A stretch of DNA of 64,000 nt, from contig JAICXJ010000003.1 in NCBI GenBank assembly GCA_025980465.1, forward strand, positions 47,549 to 111,548, in the 5' to 3' direction. Source of the stretch: Frankiales bacterium. GTDB lineage: Bacteria > Actinomycetota > Actinomycetes > JAFAQI01. The notes under the pieces were generated by a model, which saw only the letters and a program-made list of their open reading frames with translations, was not told where the DNA came from and ran no database searches. Positions within the stretch are counted from its first letter, which is position 1. Each line of letters starts with the position of its first letter. A program made the translations under genes and the position numbers. Of the stretch, positions 9,961-19,939 are shown one piece after another.

Positions 9961-11034
9961 CTAGCGCAGCCCGGTCCCCCGGCGCACCGCGTCATCGATG
10001 AGGCGGGCCACCAGCGTCGGGTAATCGACGCCGCTAGCCGCCCACATCTGCGGGAACATCGAGGCTGGAGTGAAACCGGGCATCGTGTTGACCTCGTTGA
10101 CGAGCAGGTCGCCTGACTCGGTCACGAAGAAGTCGACCCGCGCCAGTCCCTCGCAGTCGAGCGCCTCGAAGGCCTCGATCGCGGTTTCCTGCACCTGTTT
10201 GATCAACGGCTCGGGCAGGTCCGGCGGGATGTCGAACTCGGTCCCCGACCCCGGCATGTACTTCGCCTCGAAGTCGTAGAACCCAGCGGCGTCGGCAATC
10301 CGGATCTCGGCCGGCAGCGATGCCTCCGCCCGGCCCCCGTCGGCGGCGCCGAGAACGCCGCACTCCACCTCCCGCCCGACCACCGCTGCCTCGATCAGCA
10401 CCTTCGGGTCGTGCTGGAAGGCCAAGTCGAGTGCCGCATCGAGGTCGTCACGGTGGTGCACCTTGGAGATCCCGATGCTGGAGCCGCCACGCGCCGGCTT
10501 CACGAACACCGGCCAACCCAGGTCGGCGAGACCCACCGGCAGCGGTCGGCCGACTCGGGCGACGACCCAGGCCGGTGTCGGAAGGCCGGCTGCTCGCAGC
10601 AACCGTTTCATGTGGTGCTTGTCCATCGCCGCGGCGGAGGCGAACACCCCCGACCCGACGTACGGAACACCGGCGAGCTCAAGCAAACCCTGGATCGTGC
10701 CGTCCTCGCCGTACGGTCCGTGCAGCAGCGGGAAAACGACATCAACCTCGCCCAGCGCCGGTGGCAGCGCGGTGGGGTCACCCGGAATCGCCATGGACTC
10801 GCCGCCTGCGGTTACCGACGGCAACTCTCGCCCCCGCATCTGGAGCGCCCCGATCTCCACCGTCGCGGCGTCCGCGAGCACCCACCGTCCCACCTCGGTG
10901 ATCCCGATCGGGACGATGTCGTAGCGCTCCGGATCAAGCGCGGCGAGGACGCTGCCGGCCGTCACGCACGAGACGGCGTGCTCGCTGCTGCGACCACCGA
11001 AGACGACGGCGACGCGCAGCCGGCGATCCGTCAC
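9961..11034 (-). CDS. ddl: D-alanine--D-alanine ligase
   Basis: VAVVFGGRSSEHAVS N-terminus and ATP-grasp motifs; 357 aa. Confidence 0.9.
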   Translation of the reverse strand: MTDRRLRVAVVFGGRSSEHAVSCVTAGSVLAALDPERYDIVPIGITEVGRWVLADAATVEIGALQMRGRELPSVTAGGESMAIPGDPTALPPALGEVDVVFPLLHGPYGEDGTIQGLLELAGVPYVGSGVFASAAAMDKHHMKRLLRAAGLPTPAWVVARVGRPLPVGLADLGWPVFVKPARGGSSIGISKVHHRDDLDAALDLAFQHDPKVLIEAAVVGREVECGVLGAADGGRAEASLPAEIRIADAAGFYDFEAKYMPGSGTEFDIPPDLPEPLIKQVQETAIEAFEALDCEGLARVDFFVTESGDLLVNEVNTMPGFTPASMFPQMWAASGVDYPTLVARLIDDAVRRGTGLR

Positions 11035-12230
11035 CGCTGGTACGGGCGAACCGCCCCGATGTACTCAGGCCAGTCGTAAGCACTGATCTGAACGTTGGCC
11101 CCGGTGTGGGGCGCCTCGACCATCTGTCCGTTGCCGATGTACATGCCGACATGATGGATCGTCGCCGGATTCGATGTGTCGTAGGCAAAGAAAACGAGGT
11201 CGCCGGGCCGCAGCTGCGCGCGGCTGACGTGGGCGCCCTCGTTCCATTGGAAGCCGGTCCAGTGGTCGAGGTGGACACCGACCTGGTCGTAGGACCACAT
11301 CACGAGACCGGAGCAGTCGAAGCGGTTCGGCCCGGCCCCACCCCACAGGTAGGGCTTTCCGATCTGCTGCTCGGCGACATGTACGGCGGCGAGGCCGGTT
11401 GCCGCGGAGATGGTGCCGGCGAGACTTCCGGAGAGGTTCGCGTACGGGCTCGGGCCGGTCGACACCAGCGGATCCGCCGCCGCGGCCGCCCGCGCCTCCG
11501 CGAGCGCGACGATGTGCTGGCGCTGCAGCTGGTTCGCTCGGCCGCGGGCGTCGGCGAGCAGGGCGGCGAGGTGGCCCTGGACCTGCCGAAGCGAGCTCAG
11601 CAGTGCCTGCTGCTTGTGGACCGCGGTCTGCGCAGCTGCCTTCGCCTGGGCCGCCGCGGTCGCGTCACGCGCGGCGTTGGCAGCGACGGCGTTGGCCTGC
11701 TGGGCGACGACGCCGTGATAGAGCCGCGCGGCATCGAGGCGCTGCAGCGTGGTGCGCTGGGTGTTGGAGATGACGTTGAGAGCACCCACGCGGGACACCA
11801 GCGTGCCGGTGCCACCTGGAGCGAGGACCGCGTCAACGGTGGAGATACCGCCGCTCTCGTAGGCCTCCCGGGCGAACCGGTTGACTTGGCGCTGGCCGTT
11901 CGCGACGGCTCGGTTCGCGGCGATCAGCACCCGATGCGCGGCAGCCGACGCCTGGTTCGCGGCAGCGAGCTTGACCCGGGCCCCGTCGTAGGCCTCGAAC
12001 GCCACCTCTGCCGCGGTGTTCAGCTTGCCGAGCTGGCCCTTCGCGCGTCCGACCTCGGCCGCAGCCGCCTTCACCTCACGCAGTCGCTGGGCGACAGCCG
12101 CCCGACTAGCCGAGAGCTGGTGCGCAGTGGGGTTGTGGTGCGAAGCGAGGGCGGGCGTGGGCGAGACCACGACCGGCGCGAGCGCCGCGCTGCAGCCGAG
12201 CGCGCACAGCGCGACGCTGACGCGCAGCAT
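11031..12230 (-). CDS. NlpC/P60 family peptidoglycan endopeptidase with N-terminal coiled coil (RipA-like)
   Basis: C-terminal NlpC/P60 domain (DCSGLVMW Cys ... HHVGMYIG His). Signal peptide starts at MLRVSVALCALG, so the start is set at 12230. Confidence 0.8.
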   Translation of the reverse strand: MLRVSVALCALGCSAALAPVVVSPTPALASHHNPTAHQLSASRAAVAQRLREVKAAAAEVGRAKGQLGKLNTAAEVAFEAYDGARVKLAAANQASAAAHRVLIAANRAVANGQRQVNRFAREAYESGGISTVDAVLAPGGTGTLVSRVGALNVISNTQRTTLQRLDAARLYHGVVAQQANAVAANAARDATAAAQAKAAAQTAVHKQQALLSSLRQVQGHLAALLADARGRANQLQRQHIVALAEARAAAAADPLVSTGPSPYANLSGSLAGTISAATGLAAVHVAEQQIGKPYLWGGAGPNRFDCSGLVMWSYDQVGVHLDHWTGFQWNEGAHVSRAQLRPGDLVFFAYDTSNPATIHHVGMYIGNGQMVEAPHTGANVQISAYDWPEYIGAVRPYQR

Positions 12231-12336
12231 GCGGCGGCTGAGCCAGCCACGACCTGCCACGACTGTGACTGTAGTGCCAGAAGTGGCCGATGTCCGGTTC
12301 TTCTCCCCCGTCACGCGGTGCAACCCCCTCAGGCGT

Positions 12337-13626
12337 TCAACCAGCCACGCTGTCGAGCGCGCGGCGCAGATCAGCGATCAAATCGTCGGCGTCCTCGAGC
12401 CCGATCGAAATCCGAACCGCCGCTGGGCCGATACCTGCTGCCGCGAGCGCGGCGTCGTCAAACTGGCGATGCGTGGTCGAAGCAACATGGCTCACGACGG
12501 TGTGGGTCCCGCCCAGGCTAGTGGCGACCTGCCCAATCCGCAGCAAATCGGCCAACCTGAAGCCGGCCTCCCGGCCACCCCTCGGGGTGACCGTGACGAT
12601 CGCGCCGTAGCGGACCCCTTCGGGGCCGGAATCGAACAACTTCGCGGCGAGGGCGTGCTGGGGGTGGCGTGGCAGCCCCGGATAGTCGACCCGCTCGACG
12701 GCCGGGTGGTCGGCGACCGCCTCGGCAACCCGCAGTGCGGTCGCGCAGTGCCGTGTCACCCGAAGTGGCAGCGTCGACAACCCGCGATGCAGCAGGAACG
12801 CCTCGTCCGGCGCCAGGCTGCCACCGAGGTCGATTCGGGCCAGGCGGACCTGGGAGAGCAGCGCGATGTCGCCGACGGCGACGCCACCGGTCACGTCGGA
12901 ATGACCGCCGAGGTACTTCGTCGCCGAATGAACGACGATGTCGGCCCCCCACGCCAGCGGCCGGCACACCGGCGGCGGCGCGAACGTGCTGTCGACGCAG
13001 AACGGGATCCGACGGCCGGCGGCCGCGCCGGATTCGCGACAGACCGCGGCGACGGCGGGCAGGTCCGTGACGCCGGTGGTGGGGTTCGCGATGGTCTCGG
13101 CCCACACCAGGGCCGTCTCAGTTCGCATCGCGGACCGCACTGCCTCGGTGTCGGTCATGTCGACGAAAGTCGATTCGACGCCGAAGCGGCGCAGGACGTG
13201 CTCGAGAACGCCGTACGTCCCGCCGTACACGGCGGCCGGTGCGACCACATGGGCGCCGGCTCCGGCCAGCGCGAGAAGCACGGTTGAGATTGCCGCCATG
13301 CCCGACGCGAATGGCTGCGCCGCCACCGCCCGGTCGAGGCCGTGGGCCTCGAGCGAGGCCAGCCCGAGCGCGAAAGCATCAGCGGTCGGGTTGTCGATGC
13401 GGCTGTAGCTGTAGCCCGCCGAGCGGTCGCTGAGGATGTCGGCGTAGTCCTGCGCGGTGTCGAACTCGAAAGCACTGGTGCGGTACGTCGCAAGCCCCAT
13501 CGCCCGCACTCCCCGCAGGTCCGGCAGCGGAGTGTGGACCGCGCGAGTTGCCTCACCGGTCGAGTCCGCAACGGGTTCGACGATCGGGAGGTTGGACGGA
13601 CGAGCGGGCTGGTCAGACATCGGCAT
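12337..13626 (-). CDS. PLP-dependent Cys/Met-metabolism enzyme (cystathionine gamma-synthase/lyase family)
   Basis: [18 protein letters not shown]-lysine motif; 429 aa. Confidence 0.8.
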   Translation of the reverse strand: MPMSDQPARPSNLPIVEPVADSTGEATRAVHTPLPDLRGVRAMGLATYRTSAFEFDTAQDYADILSDRSAGYSYSRIDNPTADAFALGLASLEAHGLDRAVAAQPFASGMAAISTVLLALAGAGAHVVAPAAVYGGTYGVLEHVLRRFGVESTFVDMTDTEAVRSAMRTETALVWAETIANPTTGVTDLPAVAAVCRESGAAAGRRIPFCVDSTFAPPPVCRPLAWGADIVVHSATKYLGGHSDVTGGVAVGDIALLSQVRLARIDLGGSLAPDEAFLLHRGLSTLPLRVTRHCATALRVAEAVADHPAVERVDYPGLPRHPQHALAAKLFDSGPEGVRYGAIVTVTPRGGREAGFRLADLLRIGQVATSLGGTHTVVSHVASTTHRQFDDAALAAAGIGPAAVRISIGLEDADDLIADLRRALDSVAG

Positions 13627-14620
13627 CCTGCTCGTGCTTCGGGGAGCTGGCCAGCAAGGACGCCAGCATGTCAGGCACGGTCACCCCTTCGTCGACGACT
13701 TTGACGACGTGCTCGGTGATCGGAGCGGCAACACTGTGCTTTTGAGCGAGGTCGAGGATCGACCGGCAGGACTTGACCCCTTCCGCAGTCTGCTTCGTCT
13801 TGGCCACCACCTGCTCGACGGTCAGGCCGCGCCCGAGGTCCTCGCCGAACGTCCGATTCCGCGACAGCGGCGAGGAACAGGTCGCCACTAGGTCGCCCAT
13901 TCCGGCGAGGCCGGCAAACGTCAAGGGCTCGGCGCCAAGTGCCACGCCGATGCGGGCAGTCTCGGCCAGGCCGCGAGTGATCAATGATGCGCGGGCGTTG
14001 TCACCGAGCCCGAGACCTGCGGCCATTCCGACGGCGAGGGCGATGACGTTCTTCACGGCGCCGCCGAACTCGCATCCGATCACGTCGTGGTTGCGGTACG
14101 GCCGAAAGTAGCCGGAGTGACACGCGCCCTGCACCTGGCGGGCTACATCGAGGTCGGTGCAGGCGACAACCGACGCAGCGGGTTCGCGCATCGCGATCTC
14201 GCGCGCGAGGTTCGGGCCGGAGACGGCCGCGACCCGGCCCTCGGGGAAGTCGGCGACTTCGCGGATCACCTCGGTCATGCGCTTGTCGGTGCCGAGCTCG
14301 ACCCCCTTCATCAAGCTGACCAGGATCGCGTCGCGCGGCAACAGGCCGGCGAAATCGCTCAGGTTCGTCCGCAGCGTCTGCGACGGGACCGCGAGGACCA
14401 CGATCTCCGCCTCGCGGACCGCCTCGGCCGGGTCCGCGGTCGCCCGCAACCGACCGGCGAGCTTGACGCCGGGCAGGTAGTCGGGGTTCTCCCGGTCGTC
14501 GGTGATCGCTGCCGCGACCTCGGCCCGACGCGCCCACAACGTGGTGTCGGTCCCGGCGTCGGTCAGCACTTGGGCGAAGGCGGTGCCCCACGACCCGGCG
14601 CCCATCACCGCCGCCTTCAT
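13613..14620 (-). CDS. gpsA: NAD(P)H-dependent glycerol-3-phosphate dehydrogenase
   Basis: [14 protein letters not shown] Rossmann N-terminus; 335 aa. Confidence 0.9.
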   Translation of the reverse strand: MKAAVMGAGSWGTAFAQVLTDAGTDTTLWARRAEVAAAITDDRENPDYLPGVKLAGRLRATADPAEAVREAEIVVLAVPSQTLRTNLSDFAGLLPRDAILVSLMKGVELGTDKRMTEVIREVADFPEGRVAAVSGPNLAREIAMREPAASVVACTDLDVARQVQGACHSGYFRPYRNHDVIGCEFGGAVKNVIALAVGMAAGLGLGDNARASLITRGLAETARIGVALGAEPLTFAGLAGMGDLVATCSSPLSRNRTFGEDLGRGLTVEQVVAKTKQTAEGVKSCRSILDLAQKHSVAAPITEHVVKVVDEGVTVPDMLASLLASSPKHEQDADV

Positions 14621-14672
14621 CTGAGTGCCTGCCGAGTTGCGCGCGATGCGATCAACGTCGCGAAGTGAGACG

Positions 14673-15383
14673 TCATGCGGCTTGCTTCGGGTCGTAGGGG
14701 ACAGCGGGCGGCTGGCCGCCTCGGAGCTCGATGAGCAGGTCCGTGATCCGTCCCATGATCACGTCGGTCACCTCGCGCAGCAGCTCAACGGTGATCGGCT
14801 TTCCGACGTACGCCGACAGGTCGATCGGATCACCGGTGATGACATGGACCTTCTTCCGGGGTGGCAACGGATGCGGAAGCTTCGACTTGTATTTCCAGAG
14901 CTCCTGCGGTCCCCACTGCGCCATCGGAATCACCGGCGCTCCGGTCTGCAACGCGAGCCGCGCAACACCGGTGCGCGCCTTCATCGGCCAACCCTCCGGA
15001 TCGCGGGTGGCGCTGCCCTCTGGGTAGATGAGCACGCATTCTCCGGACTCGACCGCCTCGACGGCTGCGGACAGCGCGTTCGCCGCGTCGGCGGTGCCTC
15101 GGTAGACCGGGATCTGGTTGGCACCGATGAACACTCGCTTGAGCAACGGGACCTCGAAAAGACTGGACTTGGCGAGGTACTTCGGCACCCGACCGGCCTC
15201 GAGGACATACAGCCCGAGCGTCAACGGATCGACGTAGCTAACGTGGTTGGCAGCGAGGATGGCGCCGCCAGATTTCGGCACCCGGTCCTGGTTGCGCCAG
15301 TCGCGCGAGGTGGTCACACCAAGGACTGGTTTGACCACGACGACGACCAACCGGTACCAGAAGCCCAAGCGCCCATACCGCAC
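14673..15383 (-). CDS. plsC: 1-acyl-sn-glycerol-3-phosphate acyltransferase
   Basis: NHVSYVDP (HxxxxD) and VYPEGS acyltransferase motifs. Confidence 0.8.
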   Translation of the reverse strand: MRYGRLGFWYRLVVVVVKPVLGVTTSRDWRNQDRVPKSGGAILAANHVSYVDPLTLGLYVLEAGRVPKYLAKSSLFEVPLLKRVFIGANQIPVYRGTADAANALSAAVEAVESGECVLIYPEGSATRDPEGWPMKARTGVARLALQTGAPVIPMAQWGPQELWKYKSKLPHPLPPRKKVHVITGDPIDLSAYVGKPITVELLREVTDVIMGRITDLLIELRGGQPPAVPYDPKQAA

Positions 15384-15401
15384 CCTGCGAGGATGCCAGA
15401 C

Positions 15402-16028
15402 ATGACGCGTCGCGGCGATCAGTGGTCATTGATCGTGCCCGTGAAACGACTCGAGTCGGCGAAGACACGTCTCGCAGTCGATATCGAGGCGCGCGCCGAC
15501 CTCGCGGTCGCGATGGCGTACGACACGGTGACCGTTGCGCTGTCGTGTGAATCCGTCGGTGAGGTACTCGTCGTCACCGACGACGGTCGGGCGCAGGTCG
15601 CGCTCGAGGGTCTCGGCGCGCGGGTGATTCCGGACAAGCCGGACGCCGGTTTGAACGCCGCGCTGACGCACGGCGCCCGGAACGTCGAGTTCGACCTGCT
15701 CGCGACTCTTTCTTCGGACCTTCCCGCGTTGCGACCTGACGACCTCGATGACGTCCTTGCGACCGCCCGGGCACATCGACAGTCCGTCGTCGCGGACCTC
15801 CCCGGGACCGGTACGACGGTGTACGCGGTGACTGCCGCCAACAGCTTCGCACCGGCATTCGGTCCTGATTCGCACAGCCGGCACCTCGCCGGCGGTGCCA
15901 TCGATCTCACTGCGATCGCTGCCGAGTCGGTACGACGCGACGTCGACACGATCGAGGCACTACGTAGCGCGATCGCGCTCGGGGTCGGGCCGGCTACCGA
16001 GAAAGCCTTGGCAAGCTTGGAAATCTAG
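15402..16028 (+). CDS. cofC: 2-phospho-L-lactate guanylyltransferase (F420 biosynthesis, CofC/FbiD)
   Basis: WSLIVPVKRLESAKTRL N-terminal signature; 208 aa. The 5' part of the 467-aa ORF is antisense to plsC and is discarded. Confidence 0.75.
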   Translation: MTRRGDQWSLIVPVKRLESAKTRLAVDIEARADLAVAMAYDTVTVALSCESVGEVLVVTDDGRAQVALEGLGARVIPDKPDAGLNAALTHGARNVEFDLLATLSSDLPALRPDDLDDVLATARAHRQSVVADLPGTGTTVYAVTAANSFAPAFGPDSHSRHLAGGAIDLTAIAAESVRRDVDTIEALRSAIALGVGPATEKALASLEI

Positions 16029-16098
16029 CGTCGACCCGGGCGGACTCGTGCGAACGACGGTTGCCTCGTAGGTCCGTTGGCGGAATTACAGTTGCCCC

Positions 16099-16302
16099 AT
16101 GCAGGCAACGGTCCGGCAGTTCGATGACGAGACGCGCTCTGGGGACGTCCTGCTCGATGACGGAACGGTGCTGGAATTCGACGCCGCAGCCTTCGATCCG
16201 TCGGGACTTCGACTGTTGCGGATCGGTCAGCGGGTCCGGCTGCGCGTCGATGCGGACGGTGCGGTTCGCATGATCACGCTCGCAACGTTTCCGGTCGCCT
16301 AG
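16099..16302 (+). CDS. small hypothetical protein (67 aa)
   Basis: ATG-initiated ORF in an otherwise empty plus-strand gap, with high GC3; no recognisable motif. Confidence 0.4.
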   Translation: MQATVRQFDDETRSGDVLLDDGTVLEFDAAAFDPSGLRLLRIGQRVRLRVDADGAVRMITLATFPVA

Positions 16303-16360
16303 ACAACCGACGACCGGCAGCGAGATCGCTGCCGGTCGCTGGTGGTGTCTGGGTGAAGAA

Positions 16361-16861
16361 CTAGCGCCGCGCTGCCGACTTCTTCGCAGCCGTCTTCTTC
16401 GCAGTCGACTTCTTGGCCGGCGCCTTCTTCGCCGGCGCCTTGGCTGCCTTGGTCGCGGCCCGCTTTGCAGCGGTCGTGGCCTTGCGCGGTCCCGAGGCTG
16501 CCGTCTTTGCGGCCGACCGGGCCGTCGACGCCGAGGACTTCGCCGCCGCCTTCGTCGCAGCGTCCGCGACCTTGCCGAGCTTGATGGTGCCGTTCACGAC
16601 ACCCTTGAACTGGGTGCCGGGCCGGAACTTCGGCACCGAGGTCTTCTTGACCTTGACGGTCTCGCCGGTGCGAGGGTTACGGCCGGTGCGTGCAGCACGG
16701 TCGACCTTCTCGAAGACACCGAAGCCAGTGATGGCGACCCGCTCACCGGCCGCGACCGCACGCTGGATCGCGTCGAGAACTGCGTCGACGGCAGTCTCTG
16801 CCGTGCGCTTGTCCGTGCTGAGACGGTCACGAATCTGATCGATCAGATCGGCCCTGTTCAC
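16361..16861 (-). CDS. hupB: HU family DNA-binding protein with Lys/Ala-rich C-terminal tail (HupB/MDP1-like)
   Basis: HU fold ([22 protein letters not shown]) followed by AKKTAAKK repeats. Confidence 0.9.
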   Translation of the reverse strand: MNRADLIDQIRDRLSTDKRTAETAVDAVLDAIQRAVAAGERVAITGFGVFEKVDRAARTGRNPRTGETVKVKKTSVPKFRPGTQFKGVVNGTIKLGKVADAATKAAAKSSASTARSAAKTAASGPRKATTAAKRAATKAAKAPAKKAPAKKSTAKKTAAKKSAARR

Positions 16862-16928
16862 GTTTTACCCTCCGCACCTCGCGTCGAGGACCGCCCTCGA
16901 CCTGACGCTGGACGCTAGGGCGAATTTG

Positions 16929-16982
16929 GCCGCGACACAACGATTCCAGCGACTTTTTTCTTGTGTCGCGCCGATTTTTTTT
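16929..16982 (+). terminator. intrinsic-terminator-like hairpin followed by T8, plus-strand sense
   Basis: cgcgacacaa ... ttgtgtcgcg 10-bp stem followed by ccgatttttttt. Lies in the leuD-hupB intergenic region and has no U-tract in the minus-strand sense. Confidence 0.35.
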
Positions 16983-17002
16983 GGCGGGAAGGTCGTGATG
17001 CG

Positions 17003-17590
17003 TCAGGTCGTGACGGGCATCCAGCCCGGTCGAGTCGACTCGTAGTTCGCGATGTCGTCGGTGTGCCGGAGGGTCAGACCGATGTCGTCGAGGCCCTCCA
17101 TCAGCCGCCATCTGGTGTAGTCGTCGATCTCGAAGGAGGCCACTAGGTCGTCCGCGCGCACCTGACGTTCGACGAGATCCACGGTGACCTCGACGGCCGG
17201 CTCACGTTCGATCCGGTCCTGCAACGCGGCGACGACGTCGTCGGGTAGCTGCACCGGCAGCAGCCCGCCTTTCAAGGAGTTCCCACGAAAGATGTCGGCG
17301 AACCGCGGCGAGATGACGGCGCGAAACCCGTAGTCCTGCAATGCCCAGACGGCGTGTTCGCGCGACGAGCCGGTGCCGAAGTCGGGTCCGGCCACGAGGA
17401 TCGTCGCGCCGTCGTACCGATGATCGTTGAGAACGAAGGCAGGATCCTCCCGCCAGGCCTTGAACAACGCGTCGTGGAAGCCGGTGCGAGCAACCCGCTT
17501 GAGGTACTCCGCCGGGATGATCTGGTCAGTGTCGACGTTGTTGCGCCGCAACGGAACGGCACGACCGGTGTGGGTGGTGAACGCATCCAT
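17003..17590 (-). CDS. leuD: 3-isopropylmalate dehydratase small subunit
   Basis: Aconitase swivel domain; 195 aa. Confidence 0.9.
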   Translation of the reverse strand: MDAFTTHTGRAVPLRRNNVDTDQIIPAEYLKRVARTGFHDALFKAWREDPAFVLNDHRYDGATILVAGPDFGTGSSREHAVWALQDYGFRAVISPRFADIFRGNSLKGGLLPVQLPDDVVAALQDRIEREPAVEVTVDLVERQVRADDLVASFEIDDYTRWRLMEGLDDIGLTLRHTDDIANYESTRPGWMPVTT

Positions 17591-17611
17591 GGTGAGAATC
17601 CCTTGCGCTCT

Positions 17612-18982
17612 CTACAGGTCCGCGGGGGCGGTCAGACGACCGGTGACGGCAGTCGCGGCGGCAACGGCGGGCGAGACGAGGTGGGTGCGGCCGCCGGGAC
17701 CTTGCCGTCCTTCGAAGTTTCGGTTGGAGGTCGAGGCGCTGCGCTCCCCCGGCGTGAGCTTGTCGGGGTTCATGGCGAGGCACATCGAGCAGCCGGCGCC
17801 ACGCCACTCGGCACCCGCGGCAGTGAATATCTCGTGCAATCCCTCGGATTCCGCGGCCTCCTTGACCTGCACCGAGCCGGGGACGATCAGCACCCGTACG
17901 CCGTCGGCGACGTTGCGGCCGCGCAGCACGTCGGCGGCGGCGCGGAGGTCCTCGAGCCGGCCGTTGGTGCAAGAGCCGATGAAGACGGTGTCGACCGCGA
18001 TCTCATGCAGCGGCGTACCGGCAGTCAGGCCCATGTAGTCCAGTGCGCGCTCGTCACCGGAGTCACGCGGCTCGGGCACCGAAGCCGACAGCGGCGCACC
18101 CTGGCCCGGGTTGGTGCCCCAGGTGACCCACGGGGCGAGCTTCGATGCGTCGATGTGCACGACCTTGTCGAACGTCGCGTCGTCGTCGGTGACGAGTTGC
18201 GTCCAGACGGCGACCGCGGTGTCCCAGTCGGCAGCCTGCGGCGCGTGAGGACGGCCCTTGAGGTAGTCGAACGTCGTCTGGTCGGGAGCGATCAGCCCGG
18301 CGCGGGCGCCGGCCTCGATGGACATGTTGCAGACCGTCATCCGACCCTCCATCGACAGCCCGCGGATCGCCTCGCCGCGGTACTCGACGATGTAACCCTG
18401 GCCGCCGCCGGTGCCGATCTGCGTGATGATGCCCAGCACCAGATCCTTCCCGGTGACGCCGTCAGGCAGCTTGCCGTCCACCTCGATCGCCATCGTCTTG
18501 GGCCGCTGCAGTGGCAACGTCTGGGTGGCGAGGACGTGCTCGACTTCGCTGGTTCCGATGCCGAAGGCGATCGCGCCGAAGGCGCCGTGGGTGCTGGTGT
18601 GGCTGTCACCGCACACGACTGTCATGCCGGGCTGGGTCAGGCCGAGCTGCGGTCCGATCACGTGCACGATCCCCTGCCCGGCATCGCCCATCGGGTGCAG
18701 CCGAATGCCGAACTCCTCGCAGTTGCGGCGCAGTGCACTGACCTGCTCGAGGCTGATCGGGTCGGTGATGGGACCGCTCGTGGTGGGGACGTTGTGGTCC
18801 TCGGTGGCGATCGTCAGATCCGGCCGGCGGACCGTGCGGTGAGTGTTGCGGAGGCCGTCGAAGGCCTGCGGGCTGGTGACCTCGTGCACGAGGTGGAGGT
18901 CGATGTAGATGAGGTCGGGCTCGCCTTCGGCACGACGCACCAGGTGGGCGTCCCAGACCTTCTCGGCCAACGTTCGACCCAT
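17612..18982 (-). CDS. leuC: 3-isopropylmalate dehydratase large subunit
   Basis: Aconitase family, Cys-ligand region [16 protein letters not shown]; 456 aa. Confidence 0.9.
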   Translation of the reverse strand: MGRTLAEKVWDAHLVRRAEGEPDLIYIDLHLVHEVTSPQAFDGLRNTHRTVRRPDLTIATEDHNVPTTSGPITDPISLEQVSALRRNCEEFGIRLHPMGDAGQGIVHVIGPQLGLTQPGMTVVCGDSHTSTHGAFGAIAFGIGTSEVEHVLATQTLPLQRPKTMAIEVDGKLPDGVTGKDLVLGIITQIGTGGGQGYIVEYRGEAIRGLSMEGRMTVCNMSIEAGARAGLIAPDQTTFDYLKGRPHAPQAADWDTAVAVWTQLVTDDDATFDKVVHIDASKLAPWVTWGTNPGQGAPLSASVPEPRDSGDERALDYMGLTAGTPLHEIAVDTVFIGSCTNGRLEDLRAAADVLRGRNVADGVRVLIVPGSVQVKEAAESEGLHEIFTAAGAEWRGAGCSMCLAMNPDKLTPGERSASTSNRNFEGRQGPGGRTHLVSPAVAAATAVTGRLTAPADL

Positions 18983-19008
18983 GAGCTCGCTCCTCTTGCA
19001 CTACTTGC

Positions 19009-19025
19009 GTATCACGATGTGATAC
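19009..19025. promoter_or_regulatory. candidate IclR-type operator palindrome GTATCAC-gat-GTGATAC
   Basis: Perfect 7-bp arms with a 3-nt spacer, 15 nt upstream of the iclR ATG and 27 nt upstream of the leuC start in the divergent intergenic region. Confidence 0.45.
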
Positions 19026-19039
19026 AGCAGTATTGGGAT

Positions 19040-19786
19040 ATGACACAGCGTAGCAGCGTCGGCGTTCTTGACAAAGCGGTGACGGTCCTCGACTGCCTCA
19101 CCGCCGGCCCCGCCTCGCTCGCTGAGCTCGTCAGTCGAACCGGACTCTCCCGCCCGACGGCGTACCGACTTGCCGTCGCGCTGGAGGTCCATGGCCTGGT
19201 CGAGCGCGACGGCGACGGCCGGTTCGGGTTCGGACCGCGCCTGCTCGACCTCGCCGGCGCCGGCCGGGCCGATCCGCTGGAGAAGGCGGCTGGGCCGATC
19301 CTCGACAGGCTCTGCGGCCTCACCCACGAAAGCGTGCAGCTGTACCGCCGCGCAGGCTCGATGCGGCGCTGCATCGCGGCCGCCGACCGCGCCAGCGGCC
19401 TGCGCGACACAGTGCCGGTGGGTGCGCAACTCCCGATGACAGCGGGCTCGGCCGCGCAGATCCTCCTCGCCTGGGAGCCCGCCGCCGAGGTCGAAGGAAT
19501 CCTGGCCGAGGCGCGGTTCTCGGCTGCAACCCTCGCCGGGGTACGGCGCCGGGGTTGGGCGGCGAGCGTTGCCGAGCGCGAAGCCGGAGTCGCATCGGTC
19601 TCCGCGCCGGTCTTCGGCACCGACGGCCGGGTCGTCGCGGCGGTGTCGGTGTCCGGCCCGATCGACCGCTTGACCCGCTCGCCAGGAAAGCTCTTCGGCG
19701 ACGCCGTCACGGCAGCAGCGCGAGAGCTGTCCACGGCCGCCGAATATGTACCCTCGAGCGGGTTCGAACCGCCGTTACCGCCTTGA
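19040..19786 (+). CDS. IclR family transcriptional regulator (LtbR-like, divergent from leuCD)
   Basis: N-terminal HTH (LSRPTAYRLAVALEVHGLV) plus IclR effector domain. Only the 3' part of the 810-aa antisense ORF is taken, with the ATG at 19040. Confidence 0.8.
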   Translation: MTQRSSVGVLDKAVTVLDCLTAGPASLAELVSRTGLSRPTAYRLAVALEVHGLVERDGDGRFGFGPRLLDLAGAGRADPLEKAAGPILDRLCGLTHESVQLYRRAGSMRRCIAAADRASGLRDTVPVGAQLPMTAGSAAQILLAWEPAAEVEGILAEARFSAATLAGVRRRGWAASVAEREAGVASVSAPVFGTDGRVVAAVSVSGPIDRLTRSPGKLFGDAVTAAARELSTAAEYVPSSGFEPPLPP

Positions 19787-19821
19787 GAGGGCGGCGTCCT
19801 AGGCCACTAGACGACGAGGGC
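19749..19821 (-). tRNA. tRNA-Glu (anticodon CTC)
   Basis: Hand-folded cloverleaf: GCCCTCG acceptor, GTCTAGTGGCCTAGGAC D-arm, anticodon loop CTCTCAA, T-loop GGTTCGAAC. CCA is not encoded. Confidence 0.8.
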
Positions 19822-19833
19822 AAAGTGATGTCG

Positions 19834-19905
19834 CTGGGGTACCAGGACTCGAACCTAGACTAGCTGAACCAGAATCAGCCGGGCTGCCAATTACCCCATA
19901 CCCCA
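19834..19905 (-). tRNA. tRNA-Gln (anticodon CTG)
   Basis: Hand-folded: TGGGGTA/TACCCCA acceptor, anticodon stem GCTGA/TCAGC with loop TTCTGGT, T-loop GGTTCGAGTCC. Lies downstream of gltX, as in mycobacteria. Confidence 0.85.
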
Positions 19906-19939
19906 TGGGTGCGCCCCGCCGTGCGGAGCGCGCTCCACT

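Noticed and set aside
12231-12336. Possible c-di-AMP (ydaO-type) riboswitch in the 5' UTR of the NlpC/P60 endopeptidase gene
   Set aside because: Only a vague ACGGGGG/GGGGG resemblance. The available UTR is short and partly overlaps the upstream gene end. A covariance-model search (Rfam RF00379) would be needed before claiming it.
11106-12521. 471-aa plus-strand ORF
   Set aside because: Antisense to the NlpC/P60 and PLP-enzyme genes; low-complexity Arg/Gly-rich translation.
14625-15401. 5' portion of the 467-aa ORF preceding cofC
   Set aside because: Antisense to plsC. The CofC signature begins only at the ATG near 15402.
17354-19786. 810-aa plus-strand ORF
   Set aside because: It is antisense to leuC and leuD over most of its length. 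Only the last 248 codons (from ATG 19040) form a coherent IclR-family protein; the rest is a high-GC shadow ORF.
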